Shown here: positions 10,186 through 19,669 of the stretch, piece after piece
How the letters are laid out: each line of letters opens with the position of its first letter
Numbering within the stretch: the stretch's first letter is position 1
Assembly (NCBI GenBank): GCA_049302075.1
Contig: JBAQLS010000046.1
Span: 148,436-212,435 of the forward strand
Origin: Carboxydocellales bacterium
GTDB lineage: Bacteria > Bacillota > GCA-003054495 > Carboxydocellales > JAJZTU01
Direction of reading: 5' to 3'
Length of the DNA stretch: 64,000 bases
Made by a program: the position numbers and the translations under genes
Notes under the pieces: generated by a model
Databases searched by the model: none
Told to the model about the DNA's origin: nothing
Seen by the model: the letters and a program-made list of their open reading frames with translations, nothing else

Positions 10186-10447
10186 AAAATCTCTGCCTAA
10201 TGGCTTTTAACGCAAACAATGAAAGCAGACATCTATTCACTATTATGTGGGTTGATATCTGCTTTTTTGATGAAATATGAATTTTGCACGCTCTCGGAGG
10301 GGTAGGTTTTGCGTCCGAAGAAAACACGGCGGGCATATGGATTGTTGCGGGATGCATGGTATCGGTGACCAAGACGATGTTTCTCTGCTAAATAACCGTC
10401 GAATATGATATACTGACGACAAGAAACGATGCCATGAACGGAGGAAA

Positions 10448-10880
10448 TCCAATGGACAATAATTCAGACTGATGAGACACAAAGTAAGGAGTTTAACTTC
10501 AAGAAGTATTGGGATCCGGATGATTATCGTCCACGCATCGTATTTGACAGAAGCTCAACCATGCAATGTGTATATAGCGGAGATGTAGCGACTCGCGGGA
10601 ACACTGTCCGTCAAAATTTTTTTTGACAAAACCATTTCCGCCGGATTTGCCAGTCGTTCCAGTATGCAAAAAATGCAACAACAGCTTTGCCCAGGATGAA
10701 TTATATTTGAAAGCGTTTCTTCAGTTCTTTGAGGTTCGGGATGCCAAGGAACGGATGGAGAGTGTCATAAGGCTCCAGCAAATTGCTCGCGATCCTCGAA
10801 TCGAGAGGATTCTTACCAAGTTAGCTATATGCCATTCTGAATATGAGCTGACAGCAAACTCCATACTGTTAGCTTGTTAG
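10448..10880 (+). pseudogene. Hypothetical CxxC protein, probably frameshifted at a T8 homopolymer
   Basis: Frame 1 (...DPDDYRPRIVFDRSSTMQCVYSGDVATRGNTVRQNFF*) and frame 3 (LTKPFPPDLPVVPVCKKCNNSF..., TTG start at 10623) abut at the T8 run 10617-10624. One extra T would fuse them. Confidence 0.3.
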
Positions 10881-10883
10881 TCC

Positions 10884-12170
10884 TTAACTTAAATAAACAA
10901 AATAAATATAGATATTAGCCATCACAATAGATAGCAGCATTAAGGGAAAACCCACTTTCATGAAACCCCAAAAGGAAATTAATACTCCGTTCTTTTCGGC
11001 GATTCCAGCCACAATTACATTGGCGGAAGCACCTATTAGTGTCCCGTTACCTCCAAAACAGGCCCCCAAGGCCAAGGACCACCACAGCGGTTCCAGATTA
11101 GTTATCCCGCCTAGTTGACCCATCGTCTTAATCATAGGAATCATAGTGGCCACGAAAGGAATATTATCTATTAGAGCGGAGGCTAGCGCCGATAACCATA
11201 ACACTAACACCGATGTAACAACTGGTTCCCCGCCGGTCAAATTTAATGCACCCTGGGCAATTGCGTGAATAATACCCACCTTTTCAATACCACCAACCAG
11301 GATAAATAACCCGGCAAAAAAGAAAATTGTCGGCCATTCCACCGTTAATAGTATATCTTCCGGTTCCTCCCTGGCTATTATCATCAACAAGATCGCTCCC
11401 GATAAGGCAACTACCGAGGAATCCCAATGGAGCATTTGATGTAACCCAAAGCCAATAATTGTCAAGCCTAAAACAAACAGACTTTGCTTCATCAAAGCAT
11501 AATCTTTTATTTCTCCCAATGGGTCTATCGACATAAGTTTAGCGGCAAGCTCCGGATTATACACCATTTCTTTGCGATACATCCAATAAAGGATACCCAT
11601 TGTAACAATCATCACTAGAACGGCGATAGGTGCCAAATTAATGACAAAATCCATAAAGCTAAGTTCCGGTACAGCGCTCCCTATCATGATGTTGGGCGGG
11701 TCACCGATTAAGGTGGCTGTTCCGCCTATATTGGAGGCTAATATTTCGGTCACGAGAAATGGCATGGGGTTAAGTCTTAAGGTATTTACTATGGAAAAGG
11801 TCACCGGAACTACCAGCAAAACAGTGGTAACATTATCCAAGAGAGCTGACAAAACCGCAGTTATGACTGCCATTGAAACTAATATTTTCAGGGGTTTTCC
11901 TTCCGCCCAAATTGCAGCTTTGATGGCCAAATATTCGAAAACACCTGACCTGCGGGTAATCCCCACAATTATCATCATCCCGATTAATAAGCCAATAGTA
12001 TTTAATTCCAGGGCTTTTTTTGCTTCTTCAAAGTTGATAATTGTGAGCAGGAGCATTAATAGCCCTCCAGCCAGGGCAGCGGTACTCCGGTGAATTTTTT
12101 CAGAAATAATTAAGGCATACGTGGTTATAAAAATTATGGTGGCAAACACAAGTGGGGTATTCAATTCCAT
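10884..12170 (-). CDS. ArsB/NhaD-superfamily permease (anion/Na+ transporter-like)
   Basis: 428-aa polytopic membrane protein with about 12 TM segments and internal repeat architecture, typical of the ArsB/NhaD/CitMHS ion transporter superfamily. Confidence 0.7.
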   Translation of the reverse strand: MELNTPLVFATIIFITTYALIISEKIHRSTAALAGGLLMLLLTIINFEEAKKALELNTIGLLIGMMIIVGITRRSGVFEYLAIKAAIWAEGKPLKILVSMAVITAVLSALLDNVTTVLLVVPVTFSIVNTLRLNPMPFLVTEILASNIGGTATLIGDPPNIMIGSAVPELSFMDFVINLAPIAVLVMIVTMGILYWMYRKEMVYNPELAAKLMSIDPLGEIKDYALMKQSLFVLGLTIIGFGLHQMLHWDSSVVALSGAILLMIIAREEPEDILLTVEWPTIFFFAGLFILVGGIEKVGIIHAIAQGALNLTGGEPVVTSVLVLWLSALASALIDNIPFVATMIPMIKTMGQLGGITNLEPLWWSLALGACFGGNGTLIGASANVIVAGIAEKNGVLISFWGFMKVGFPLMLLSIVMANIYIYFVYLS

Positions 12171-12372
12171 AAAGCCCTCCTCATAAAATGTAAGTAATTT
12201 ACTTTTGGCATTTTGCCTCCTCCCAATTATAGCCGCAAGTGGTGCTGAAAATCAAATTATAAATATTTCTTCCAGTTCCTATCTAGATACCCTTCCTGTT
12301 CATTTAATAGTTAACTGTTCAACAAACTAATGTCCTAATTTCTTTTCCTGCATATCTTATAGTATAAATTTC

Positions 12373-12726
12373 TTAAGTATCTTCTATACGAGGGGGAATA
12401 ACTATGTCATCCCATAAAAAAGGCCATGAAAAAATATGGTTGTGCGTAAGTACAGCCAACAAAACAAACTCCCTAGGAACGGTTCCCACCGTTTTTCCCT
12501 TCTTTTTCACCCGAAGCACACCTGGGTCAACAACTTTAAGAATTGTTCCCGTTGGACAAACGGCACACCAAGCTTTAGGACTATATATACCAAAGAGTAA
12601 TGCCCCAATAGTAGGTACAATACATAAGAGGAACCCTGCAGCTAAAGCACCTATAGTAAATCCGACATAGGTTACTTGGGAAATAAGCACTATGAAAATC
12701 AAGGCGCTCACCCACCCTAAGTGCAT
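12373..12726 (-). CDS. 4Fe-4S-binding membrane protein, C-terminal part (CAVCP motif); probably the same gene after a frameshift
   Basis: TM helix plus WCAVCPTGT as a second cysteine motif. Both reading frames are open across 12727-12790. An A5/T5 run at 12763-12767 is a candidate slip site. Confidence 0.5.
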   Translation of the reverse strand: MHLGWVSALIFIVLISQVTYVGFTIGALAAGFLLCIVPTIGALLFGIYSPKAWCAVCPTGTILKVVDPGVLRVKKKGKTVGTVPREFVLLAVLTHNHIFSWPFLWDDIVIPPRIEDT

Positions 12727-12989
12727 CCATTTTGGTACTGGTTTATTGAAGCTGAAGGGTTTAAAAACCTTTCCATAAAAGCCGCCCTAGGACAAGCCCA
12801 ACCGCAGAATCCCCGGGACCAGAAAAAGGCGGAAATAATCATCAGCGGGATTAGCATTAGCGGAAGATAGGCAACTTTCGGCCAGACAAAAAAGAGAATA
12901 ATGTTAAGTAGCACAAAACCTAAGGCAAGAAAGATTTGTAGAGTAGCACGCTTCTTTAACAAACTACTAACTTGTTCTTTGCTGTTCAT
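12717..12989 (-). CDS. 4Fe-4S-binding membrane protein, N-terminal part (CGWACP motif)
   Basis: TM helices followed by GFCGWACPRAAF, a NapH/MauN-like cysteine motif. Overlaps the next ORF by 10 nt in another frame. Confidence 0.5.
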   Translation of the reverse strand: MNSKEQVSSLLKKRATLQIFLALGFVLLNIILFFVWPKVAYLPLMLIPLMIISAFFWSRGFCGWACPRAAFMERFLNPSASINQYQNGCT

Positions 12990-13027
12990 TTGATTTTCCT
13001 CCCCTTTAATTGTTTTTTCACGTTAAT

Positions 13028-13933
13028 TTATTGTGGTTGTTTTTGTTCTAGCCCGGTATTACGAGTTTTGGTTCGTATGCGGTAAACTATCAAAAGTAGG
13101 CAAACTGTTGCAAAGCTTACCCCACTGACCCACATTGTGCTTTTTCCGTAGTGCTCCAACTGGGACAAACCCATCCGCAAAGCCGTTCCGGCGATTAACA
13201 CCGCCAAAATTCCGCGTAAAGTAGCAGTTTGTACCCATTTGCTGAGCTTAGCTCCTACTTGGGCTCCTATTACCGCTCCTGAGGCTACAACTATAGCCAT
13301 CAGCAAGGGTATCTGTTCGGTGCCCCATTTGCCGATAAATCCGGCCAAGGCTGAAAGAAAGGCTATAGCCACAGAACTGCCTAAAGCAATCCTGGTTGGG
13401 ATACGCAGGATATAAAGCATCAAAGGAATCAGTAGAAAAGCTCCGCCCTGACCAATGATTCCCCCTAGCAGCCCCACCACCAAGCCGATTGCAGCGGCTA
13501 GTGCTTTATTAAAATGAACCTGGGCAAGCTCCTTTTCCTCATTTTCATTTTTGAGGGGCAGAAAGAGCAAAGCACTTCCTAAAAGAGCTAAGACGGCAAA
13601 AATACTCAACATAGTATTACCGGAAAGGTGGTTTGACCAGACAGATCCAATAAAGGCGCCCACTAAACTGCTTGTGCCCATAAACAGGACAAGGGAAGGG
13701 TGGATAAAGTGGTTCCGCCGGTGGCTGAGCAAAGCGGAAAGGGAGCCGCCCAAACTTTGCACCATGGTTATACCAGCTGCCATTTTCATGTTGATAGCAG
13801 TAAGCCCCAGCAAAGGTGGGGTATATAGTAGCAGGGGAACCATAATAATTCCCCCGCCTATACCCAGCAGTCCGGAAAAAAATCCACCAATTAGTCCCAG
13901 TATCAGTAAGGTTATCAGAAAGACAGGAGTCAT
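13028..13933 (-). CDS. Sulfite exporter TauE/SafE family membrane protein
   Basis: 301 aa with duplicated 4-TM halves, each carrying GxGGG-like motifs (GLLGIGGGIIMVPLL and GLLGGIIGQGGAFLLIPL). Confidence 0.8.
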   Translation of the reverse strand: MTPVFLITLLILGLIGGFFSGLLGIGGGIIMVPLLLYTPPLLGLTAINMKMAAGITMVQSLGGSLSALLSHRRNHFIHPSLVLFMGTSSLVGAFIGSVWSNHLSGNTMLSIFAVLALLGSALLFLPLKNENEEKELAQVHFNKALAAAIGLVVGLLGGIIGQGGAFLLIPLMLYILRIPTRIALGSSVAIAFLSALAGFIGKWGTEQIPLLMAIVVASGAVIGAQVGAKLSKWVQTATLRGILAVLIAGTALRMGLSQLEHYGKSTMWVSGVSFATVCLLLIVYRIRTKTRNTGLEQKQPQ

Positions 13934-13969
13934 CGGGTTCCACTCCTCACTTAAGCTCCAGGGATTACT

Positions 13970-14155
13970 CTAAGGGATTACTTGTATACGGCAAGCCGCG
14001 TCTGCTACTATCTCCCCGACAATAGCCACTACCGGCACTTTGCCCAAGCTGATTTTCGCCCCTACACCACTACCCTTAACCATTTCGTGCAGGTGGCCAA
14101 GAAAGCCGAAGCCGGTTATGTCGGTGCAGGCATTAACTCCCACCTCAACCATCAC
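13970..14155 (-). pseudogene. selD: Internal fragment of selenide, water dikinase SelD (gene remnant)
   Basis: [28 protein letters not shown] matches the conserved SelD block (...[24 protein letters not shown]...). Neither the N-terminal glycine-rich region nor the C-terminus is present. Confidence 0.5.
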
Positions 14156-14308
14156 TAAATTAAGATTTTCTTGCTAATACTCGCTCCTTACAAAAATTTC
14201 TCATTAAAAGAAATCCCCCTGATTGTTGTAACAAAACAAAGGATAAGATAGAATGTATCGCTAATATCTGTTATTATGAAAAAGATATTGGTTGAGGAGT
14301 GATAAATT

Positions 14309-14917
14309 TTGTTAGACCAATTAAGCAATTGGGTTATGAACGAGGTTACCCAGTACGGATATTGGGCGGTTTTTATTGGAATGTTTCTCGAAAGCGCTTG
14401 TATTCCCATACCCAGTGAAATAATCATGCCCTTTGGGGGACTTCTAGCGTCTCGAGGGGAACTAAATCTCTGGTTGGTAGGTTTACTAGGCGCAATTGCT
14501 AACGTAATAGGTTCCTGGTTTGCCTATGCCGTAGGACGCTACGGGGGCAGAGACTTTATTGAAAAATACGGTAGGTACCTGCTGCTTTCCAAGCGGCATT
14601 TAGCTTTAGCTGACCGCTGGTTCATCGAAAAGGGAGAAATTACTGTTTTTATAACCCGGCTGCTTCCCGGAATTCGGACTTTTATTTCACTGCCGGCCGG
14701 AATTTTCCAGATGAATTTTGTCCGGTTTACTCTATTCTCTTTCCTGGGAGTACTGCCCTGGTCTTACTTATTAACTTATTTAGGGTATGCTTTAGGTAAA
14801 AACTGGGATGCTTTAACTGGATATTTACATTCGGCTAACTTTGTCCTTTGGGGTATACTGGCCTTGGCCTTACCACTGCTCTATTGGTGGCAGCAAAAAA
14901 GGTCAAGTAGAAAATAG
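14309..14917 (+). CDS. DedA/SNARE-associated family membrane protein
   Basis: 202 aa. YGYWAVFIGMFLESACIPIPSEIIMPFGG is the DedA signature. Confidence 0.85.
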   Translation: MLDQLSNWVMNEVTQYGYWAVFIGMFLESACIPIPSEIIMPFGGLLASRGELNLWLVGLLGAIANVIGSWFAYAVGRYGGRDFIEKYGRYLLLSKRHLALADRWFIEKGEITVFITRLLPGIRTFISLPAGIFQMNFVRFTLFSFLGVLPWSYLLTYLGYALGKNWDALTGYLHSANFVLWGILALALPLLYWWQQKRSSRK

Positions 14918-14926
14918 GCCTTTGAT

Positions 14927-14966
14927 AAACGCCGTAGTTCAATCAGCTTGTGGCGTTTTTTATTTT
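14927..14966 (+). terminator. Rho-independent terminator after dedA-like gene
   Basis: aacgcc...ggcgtt stem followed by ttttttattttt. Confidence 0.5.
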
Positions 14967-15113
14967 TAGTTTTTATTTTTTGGTTTTTATTTAGTTATCC
15001 AACCGGGTTAATTTATGTTAGTATACCATTATAAGCTAATTAATAAAAATATATTGTTTTAATGCTAACTATTGATTTTATAAATAATCGGCATATGGAG
15101 TGGAGGCGCAACT

Positions 15114-16007
15114 TTGAATTTTAATCATTTGAAGGTATTCTGGGCAGTGGCCAAAAATTTAAGTTACTCCCGTGCCGCTGAAGAGCTTTACCTCAGTCAA
15201 CCCACAGTTTCGATTCAATTAAAAAAACTGGAAGAAGCGCTTGGACTAGATCTTTTGGAACAATTGGGCAAGAAAATCTATTTAACCCAAGCAGGAGAAC
15301 TACTTTATCCCTATGTAAACAGGATTTTTTCCTTAGCAACTGAAGCAGAGTCAGCTATTCAGGAATTAAAAGGACTCCGGGCTGGTCGAATAATTATTGG
15401 GGCTAGTACGACACCGGGTATTTATCTTTTACCAGCCATTATCAGCTCTTTTCAGCAGAATTACCCCCGATTAGAAATCTCTCTGGAAATTTCTAACACC
15501 CATCAAGTGCAAGAACACTTGTTGCTTAATCAACTGGACTTGGGAGTGGTGGGGGAAGAACTAACCATAGATCCTCAGCTGATTATCCAACCTTTACTGG
15601 CAGATAAATTACTGATTATCGCTGCTAAAGAACATCCTTTGGCCTTAAGGAAGTCAGTTTCCTTTGCGGAGTTCCTAACCCAACGTTTGATCTTACGAGA
15701 GCGTGGTTCCAGTACCCGAGAGATTTTGGAGCAATCTGTCCACAGTCGTGGCCTGCAGCTAAAGGTTGCTATGCAATTGAACAGCATAGAAGCTATTAAA
15801 CAGGCGGTAATCGCCAATTTAGGTGTGTCCGTTATTTCTAAATTAACAGTAGGCATGGAAGTGAAAGCCGGATTGTTAAGAGCCATCCCCTTTAGTGACC
15901 TGTCCCTATCCAGGCATATTAATCTAGCTTATCACAAGGAGAAAAAACTCTCCCCGGTTATGCAGGCATTTGTCCAGGATATAAAAAAACAGCTGCTAGG
16001 TAAGTAA
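15114..16007 (+). CDS. LysR-family transcriptional regulator
   Basis: N-terminal LysR HTH (NLSYSRAAEELYLSQPTVSIQLKKLEEALG) plus a substrate-binding domain. TTG start. Confidence 0.9.
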   Translation: MNFNHLKVFWAVAKNLSYSRAAEELYLSQPTVSIQLKKLEEALGLDLLEQLGKKIYLTQAGELLYPYVNRIFSLATEAESAIQELKGLRAGRIIIGASTTPGIYLLPAIISSFQQNYPRLEISLEISNTHQVQEHLLLNQLDLGVVGEELTIDPQLIIQPLLADKLLIIAAKEHPLALRKSVSFAEFLTQRLILRERGSSTREILEQSVHSRGLQLKVAMQLNSIEAIKQAVIANLGVSVISKLTVGMEVKAGLLRAIPFSDLSLSRHINLAYHKEKKLSPVMQAFVQDIKKQLLGK

Positions 16008-16130
16008 ATAGCAACCCGGCAAGAAAACTTGCAGAGTTGCTGATAACGTGAAACCTGGGTTATAGGCTAATTGCCTATCGGGAAGCATATCCGGCAGGAA
16101 GAAAGTTAGCTCTGTCAAATTATCATAGAA

Positions 16131-16180
16131 TGTCAATAATCAGTGGTATGTCAATAATCAGTGGTATGTCAGCATTCAGG
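16131..16180 (+). promoter_or_regulatory. Tandem 18-bp direct repeats (2.7 copies) just upstream of the methyltransferase RBS
   Basis: tgtcaataatcagtggta twice, then tgtcagcattcagg. AGGAGG SD at 16177-82 and ATG at 16192. Confidence 0.5.
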
Positions 16181-16191
16181 AGGAAGCAGCT

Positions 16192-17193
16192 ATGCCTGTT
16201 AACAAGGATCGGGCCGGTCGTAATCGAACCTTAACCCTCACCCCGGAAGAACGTCTTCATTATACTTCCATGCTTAAAAAAGTTACCACGCCCCTAACCA
16301 AGCCGGAGGAGGTTGTCGATAGCATTATTTATGGGGATACCTTTCTAACCCTAGCGTTATTACCTTGTCAATCGGTGGATTTACTGGTAGTCGACCCACC
16401 ATATAACCTAACCAAAGCTTTTAACTCCAACACCTTTGCCAGTAGAAGTTCCACAGCTTATGCCGAGTGGCTGGAGGGCTGGTTCACCCTGGTTTTACCT
16501 TTACTAAAACCTACAGCTTCCCTGTACATTTGTGGGGATTGGCGCTCTTCCACCCCCATTCATCAGGTGCTGGACAAGTATGTCCTGGTCCGGAACCGGA
16601 TTACCTGGGAACGGGAAAAAGGCCGAGGCGCCTTAAATAACTGGAAAAACGCTTCCGAGGATATTTGGTTTGCTACTGTCGGCAAGGAGTTTACCTTTAA
16701 TGTGGAGGCTGTAAAGCTCAAGCGCAAGGTTATTGCCCCCTACCGGGATCAAGCAGGCTCCCCCAAAGACTGGGAGGAGGGTGCGGAGGGTAACTATCGA
16801 CTAACTCATCCTTCCAACCTCTGGTCTGACTTAACCGTACCCTTTTGGTCCATGCCAGAAAACACCGACCACCCCGCCCAAAAACCGGAAAAGTTGGTGG
16901 CAAAAATAATCCTGGCTAGTTCCCAGCCAGGACAAGTAATTCTTGATCCCTTTTTAGGTTCAGGTACCACGGCAGTTGTAGCCAAAAAATTAGGCCGCAG
17001 GTTTATCGGCATTGAATTGGATCAGGACTATTGTTGTCTAGCCGCCAAGCGCTTAGCTTTAGCTGAAAAGAACCCGGACATTCAAGGCTACAGCGGCGGT
17101 TACTTCTGGGAAAGAAACAGTATGAGTGAACAGAAACAACAGGGAGCAACCTCGAAAACCACACCCAATTTAACCATCGATACTTTATTTTAG
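16192..17193 (+). CDS. Beta-class amino DNA methyltransferase (N6-adenine or N4-cytosine), apparently orphan
   Basis: Motif IV (VVDPPYNL) precedes motif I (DPFLGSGTT), i.e. beta-class order. No endonuclease candidate next to it. Confidence 0.85.
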   Translation: MPVNKDRAGRNRTLTLTPEERLHYTSMLKKVTTPLTKPEEVVDSIIYGDTFLTLALLPCQSVDLLVVDPPYNLTKAFNSNTFASRSSTAYAEWLEGWFTLVLPLLKPTASLYICGDWRSSTPIHQVLDKYVLVRNRITWEREKGRGALNNWKNASEDIWFATVGKEFTFNVEAVKLKRKVIAPYRDQAGSPKDWEEGAEGNYRLTHPSNLWSDLTVPFWSMPENTDHPAQKPEKLVAKIILASSQPGQVILDPFLGSGTTAVVAKKLGRRFIGIELDQDYCCLAAKRLALAEKNPDIQGYSGGYFWERNSMSEQKQQGATSKTTPNLTIDTLF

Positions 17194-17212
17194 CCTGCTT
17201 CAGTCCATTTCT

Positions 17213-17644
17213 CTATCCCAAGCTAATTTCCTGACTAGCTACCAGGAATTTTTCGCCGGCGTCCCGAGTATTCCCACCATCTCGAGTATTCCCACCATCT
17301 CGAGTATTCCCACCTTCCGGCTGTTTACCCTCTCCCAGAAAATAAGCTTTAACCACATATCTTCCCGGTTTTAGCGGATTTCCTAAGCTATCCTGTTTAG
17401 GCCAGGCCACCTCATAAGGGGTTACAGTCTGGCCTTTAGTTATTTTTTTATCATGAACGGCCATAGTAAAGGCTCGGTCTTCCGACCAGCGCCAAACCGG
17501 TTTGCCCTGGTATTCAATGACAAAATCCACTTCCTGACTACTGCGAAAAGTAAAACTCCGGTCTGCACTTCCCTGATTACTAATCAGCAGCCGGAGGGTA
17601 ATTTGCTTGGACCCTTGCTTAACCTCCAGGTTACATTCCAGCAT
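17213..17644 (-). CDS. BsuPI-like (intracellular proteinase inhibitor domain) protein with C-terminal GGNTRD x3 repeat
   Basis: ITLRLLISNQG...FTFRSSQEVDFVIEYQGKPVWRWSEDRAFTMAV...GQTVTPYEVAW matches BsuPI family consensus. Three tandem 18-bp repeats at 17265-17318 encode GGNTRD. Confidence 0.65.
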   Translation of the reverse strand: MLECNLEVKQGSKQITLRLLISNQGSADRSFTFRSSQEVDFVIEYQGKPVWRWSEDRAFTMAVHDKKITKGQTVTPYEVAWPKQDSLGNPLKPGRYVVKAYFLGEGKQPEGGNTRDGGNTRDGGNTRDAGEKFLVASQEISLG

Positions 17645-17656
17645 TTCTCACTCCCC

Positions 17657-18463
17657 CTAAAAGTCCAAAGGGATTAGTTTTAGCTTGCGCTGCCGAAAGG
17701 TGGCTATTTGTTTAAACCCGATGTCTTTCAGTAGATCCACAGCCTCCCTAAACCCTGCAGCTACCAGGTTCGGGTGGTGGGCGTCCGAGCCCAAGGTTAC
17801 CGGCACCCGGTAATGACAGCATCTTTCCAAAAATTCCGGGTGTGGGTAAATTTCTTTAACCTTAACTCGCCAGCCGGCAGTATTCACCTCAACGCATACC
17901 CCCGCATCCCGAAACACCCTAGCCGTTTCTTCGTAAATCTGGTCTAAGGGTTCAGGGCAACGAAAGCCCAGCTTCTTAATTAAGTCTGTGTGCGCCATAA
18001 TTTGGAAATACCCGGTTTTAGCCGCAGCCTGAACCAGGCCAAAATAATGCCGGTATAGTTCCGCTAGGTCCCACTTGGCATACTCCGCAATTTGGCGTTC
18101 ATCATCAAAACCCCAGTTGCCAATCCAGTGGATGGAGCCCAAAACATAGTCAAAATCATAACTTTTCAGCAAACTAACTAGCTTGTTCTCTTGCCCCTGG
18201 GCATAATCCGCTTCCAAACCCAGCAACAGATTGATATCCGGAAAGGCCTGGCGCAGCCGATAAACCTCACCTACGTATTGCTCCAGTTCCTCCTCGCTCA
18301 TGGCGAAGCCGGGAACCACTTCCTGAAAATACATGGGAATGTGGTCAGAGAAACCCATTTCCCGCAGTCCTGCTTTCAGAGCGGCCAAAACATACTCCTC
18401 CATCTCGCCGCCGGCATGACCACATAATTTGGTGTGGATATGATAGTCCAGTGCTCCCTGCAT
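17657..18463 (-). CDS. Histidinol-phosphatase, PHP family (HisJ/HisK type)
   Basis: YHIHTKLCGHAGG, SDH, HTD: PHP-domain metal ligands in HisJ order. 268 aa. Confidence 0.8.
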   Translation of the reverse strand: MQGALDYHIHTKLCGHAGGEMEEYVLAALKAGLREMGFSDHIPMYFQEVVPGFAMSEEELEQYVGEVYRLRQAFPDINLLLGLEADYAQGQENKLVSLLKSYDFDYVLGSIHWIGNWGFDDERQIAEYAKWDLAELYRHYFGLVQAAAKTGYFQIMAHTDLIKKLGFRCPEPLDQIYEETARVFRDAGVCVEVNTAGWRVKVKEIYPHPEFLERCCHYRVPVTLGSDAHHPNLVAAGFREAVDLLKDIGFKQIATFRQRKLKLIPLDF

Positions 18464-18483
18464 TCCCTTCCCACCTCCCTCGC

Positions 18484-19578
18484 TTATAGCTTATTCCACT
18501 TTTCCGCTATCCCCGCAGTATAGACATAGATTTTTTGAGCAGTATCTAGAGATAACAAACCAGTCCCACAGCTAGGGGTAATTAGCGCCTGATTAATTAA
18601 CCGCTCCACCGGCAAGCCCCGCTTAACCAAAATTTCCAACTGCCCCTGCAGTTTATTAAACAGATTATCCACACTTTCCCCGTGGACTTTATCCGAGGTA
18701 GGGACAATACCCCAGCCCACAACTCCGCCTCTGTCCAAGAATTTCCCTAACACTTCAGTATATGGTGCTAGGCTTTCAAAGTACTCATAGGTGTCCAAAA
18801 ACAGCACATCCACCTCAGTCTCCAAAACGATTGACCAGTCCGCACCAGCGCAAACATGCACCCCGGTTAGGCCGCCACCTTGGTGAATGGTATCGATAAT
18901 CGCCCTTAAATCCTGCTGAATCATCTCTTTAGTTAGGGTAATATGAGTAGAAAGGCCACAGGCATAAATACCTGGCTCGTCAATGGAAATCAGCACGGGA
19001 AGCCCCAGCGCTTTTAGCTGCTGTAACTGCCATTTGGCCTGTAATTCCACAGTTTTCACTATTACATCCCGCAAATCACTATGGTAATAAGCCGCCCGCC
19101 GCTCATGGTCGGTCATGACGAAACCCACAGTAATTGGCCCGCTAACCTGACCCTTAAGCAGCTGAGCTCGCACCCCGGCTTCCTCTTTAGGGTGTTGCAG
19201 GTTTTCCAGAAAGGCATAAAAGCCCTGCACTCCATCCCGAGGAAAGGCAAATTTGTCTAGAGCAGCTACATCTCCCTCTACCGCCGCCAGATACTGGCTG
19301 TAAAACTCCGTCAGGTTTTCCGTCCACGACCGTTGATCCATCAAAAACGCCAACCGCTCATTCTCCCCAGGCTTAGACATAACTTTGGCTAAACCAAAAG
19401 CTATTAGCGGATAGGCTGATTGCTCCACAAAGCCTTCCCGAACCTCCCCTTGAGGCAACTGGGGCCAGTGAGGAAACCGGGTAAAATATTTATTAATCAT
19501 TGCTAGCGCCTGATCAGCAGTGCTGTGAGGAAGGCTGCCAATACCAGTAGCCAGACCTTTGGGTTTCCACTCGTTCAT
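18484..19578 (-). CDS. MetE-like / UroD-MetE superfamily methyltransferase (cobalamin-independent methionine synthase C-terminal-domain-like)
   Basis: 364 aa. GIGSLPHSTADQAL resembles the MetE C-terminal-domain motif (IGSFPRT). Exact function unclear. Confidence 0.45.
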   Translation of the reverse strand: MNEWKPKGLATGIGSLPHSTADQALAMINKYFTRFPHWPQLPQGEVREGFVEQSAYPLIAFGLAKVMSKPGENERLAFLMDQRSWTENLTEFYSQYLAAVEGDVAALDKFAFPRDGVQGFYAFLENLQHPKEEAGVRAQLLKGQVSGPITVGFVMTDHERRAAYYHSDLRDVIVKTVELQAKWQLQQLKALGLPVLISIDEPGIYACGLSTHITLTKEMIQQDLRAIIDTIHQGGGLTGVHVCAGADWSIVLETEVDVLFLDTYEYFESLAPYTEVLGKFLDRGGVVGWGIVPTSDKVHGESVDNLFNKLQGQLEILVKRGLPVERLINQALITPSCGTGLLSLDTAQKIYVYTAGIAEKWNKL

Positions 19579-19669
19579 TAACTTTTACCCCCAAATATAG
19601 TAGATTAGTTAAATGTAAAATGTTAGCAAGAACAATGTTAGCTTATGACTAATTTTGCTTAATAATTCT

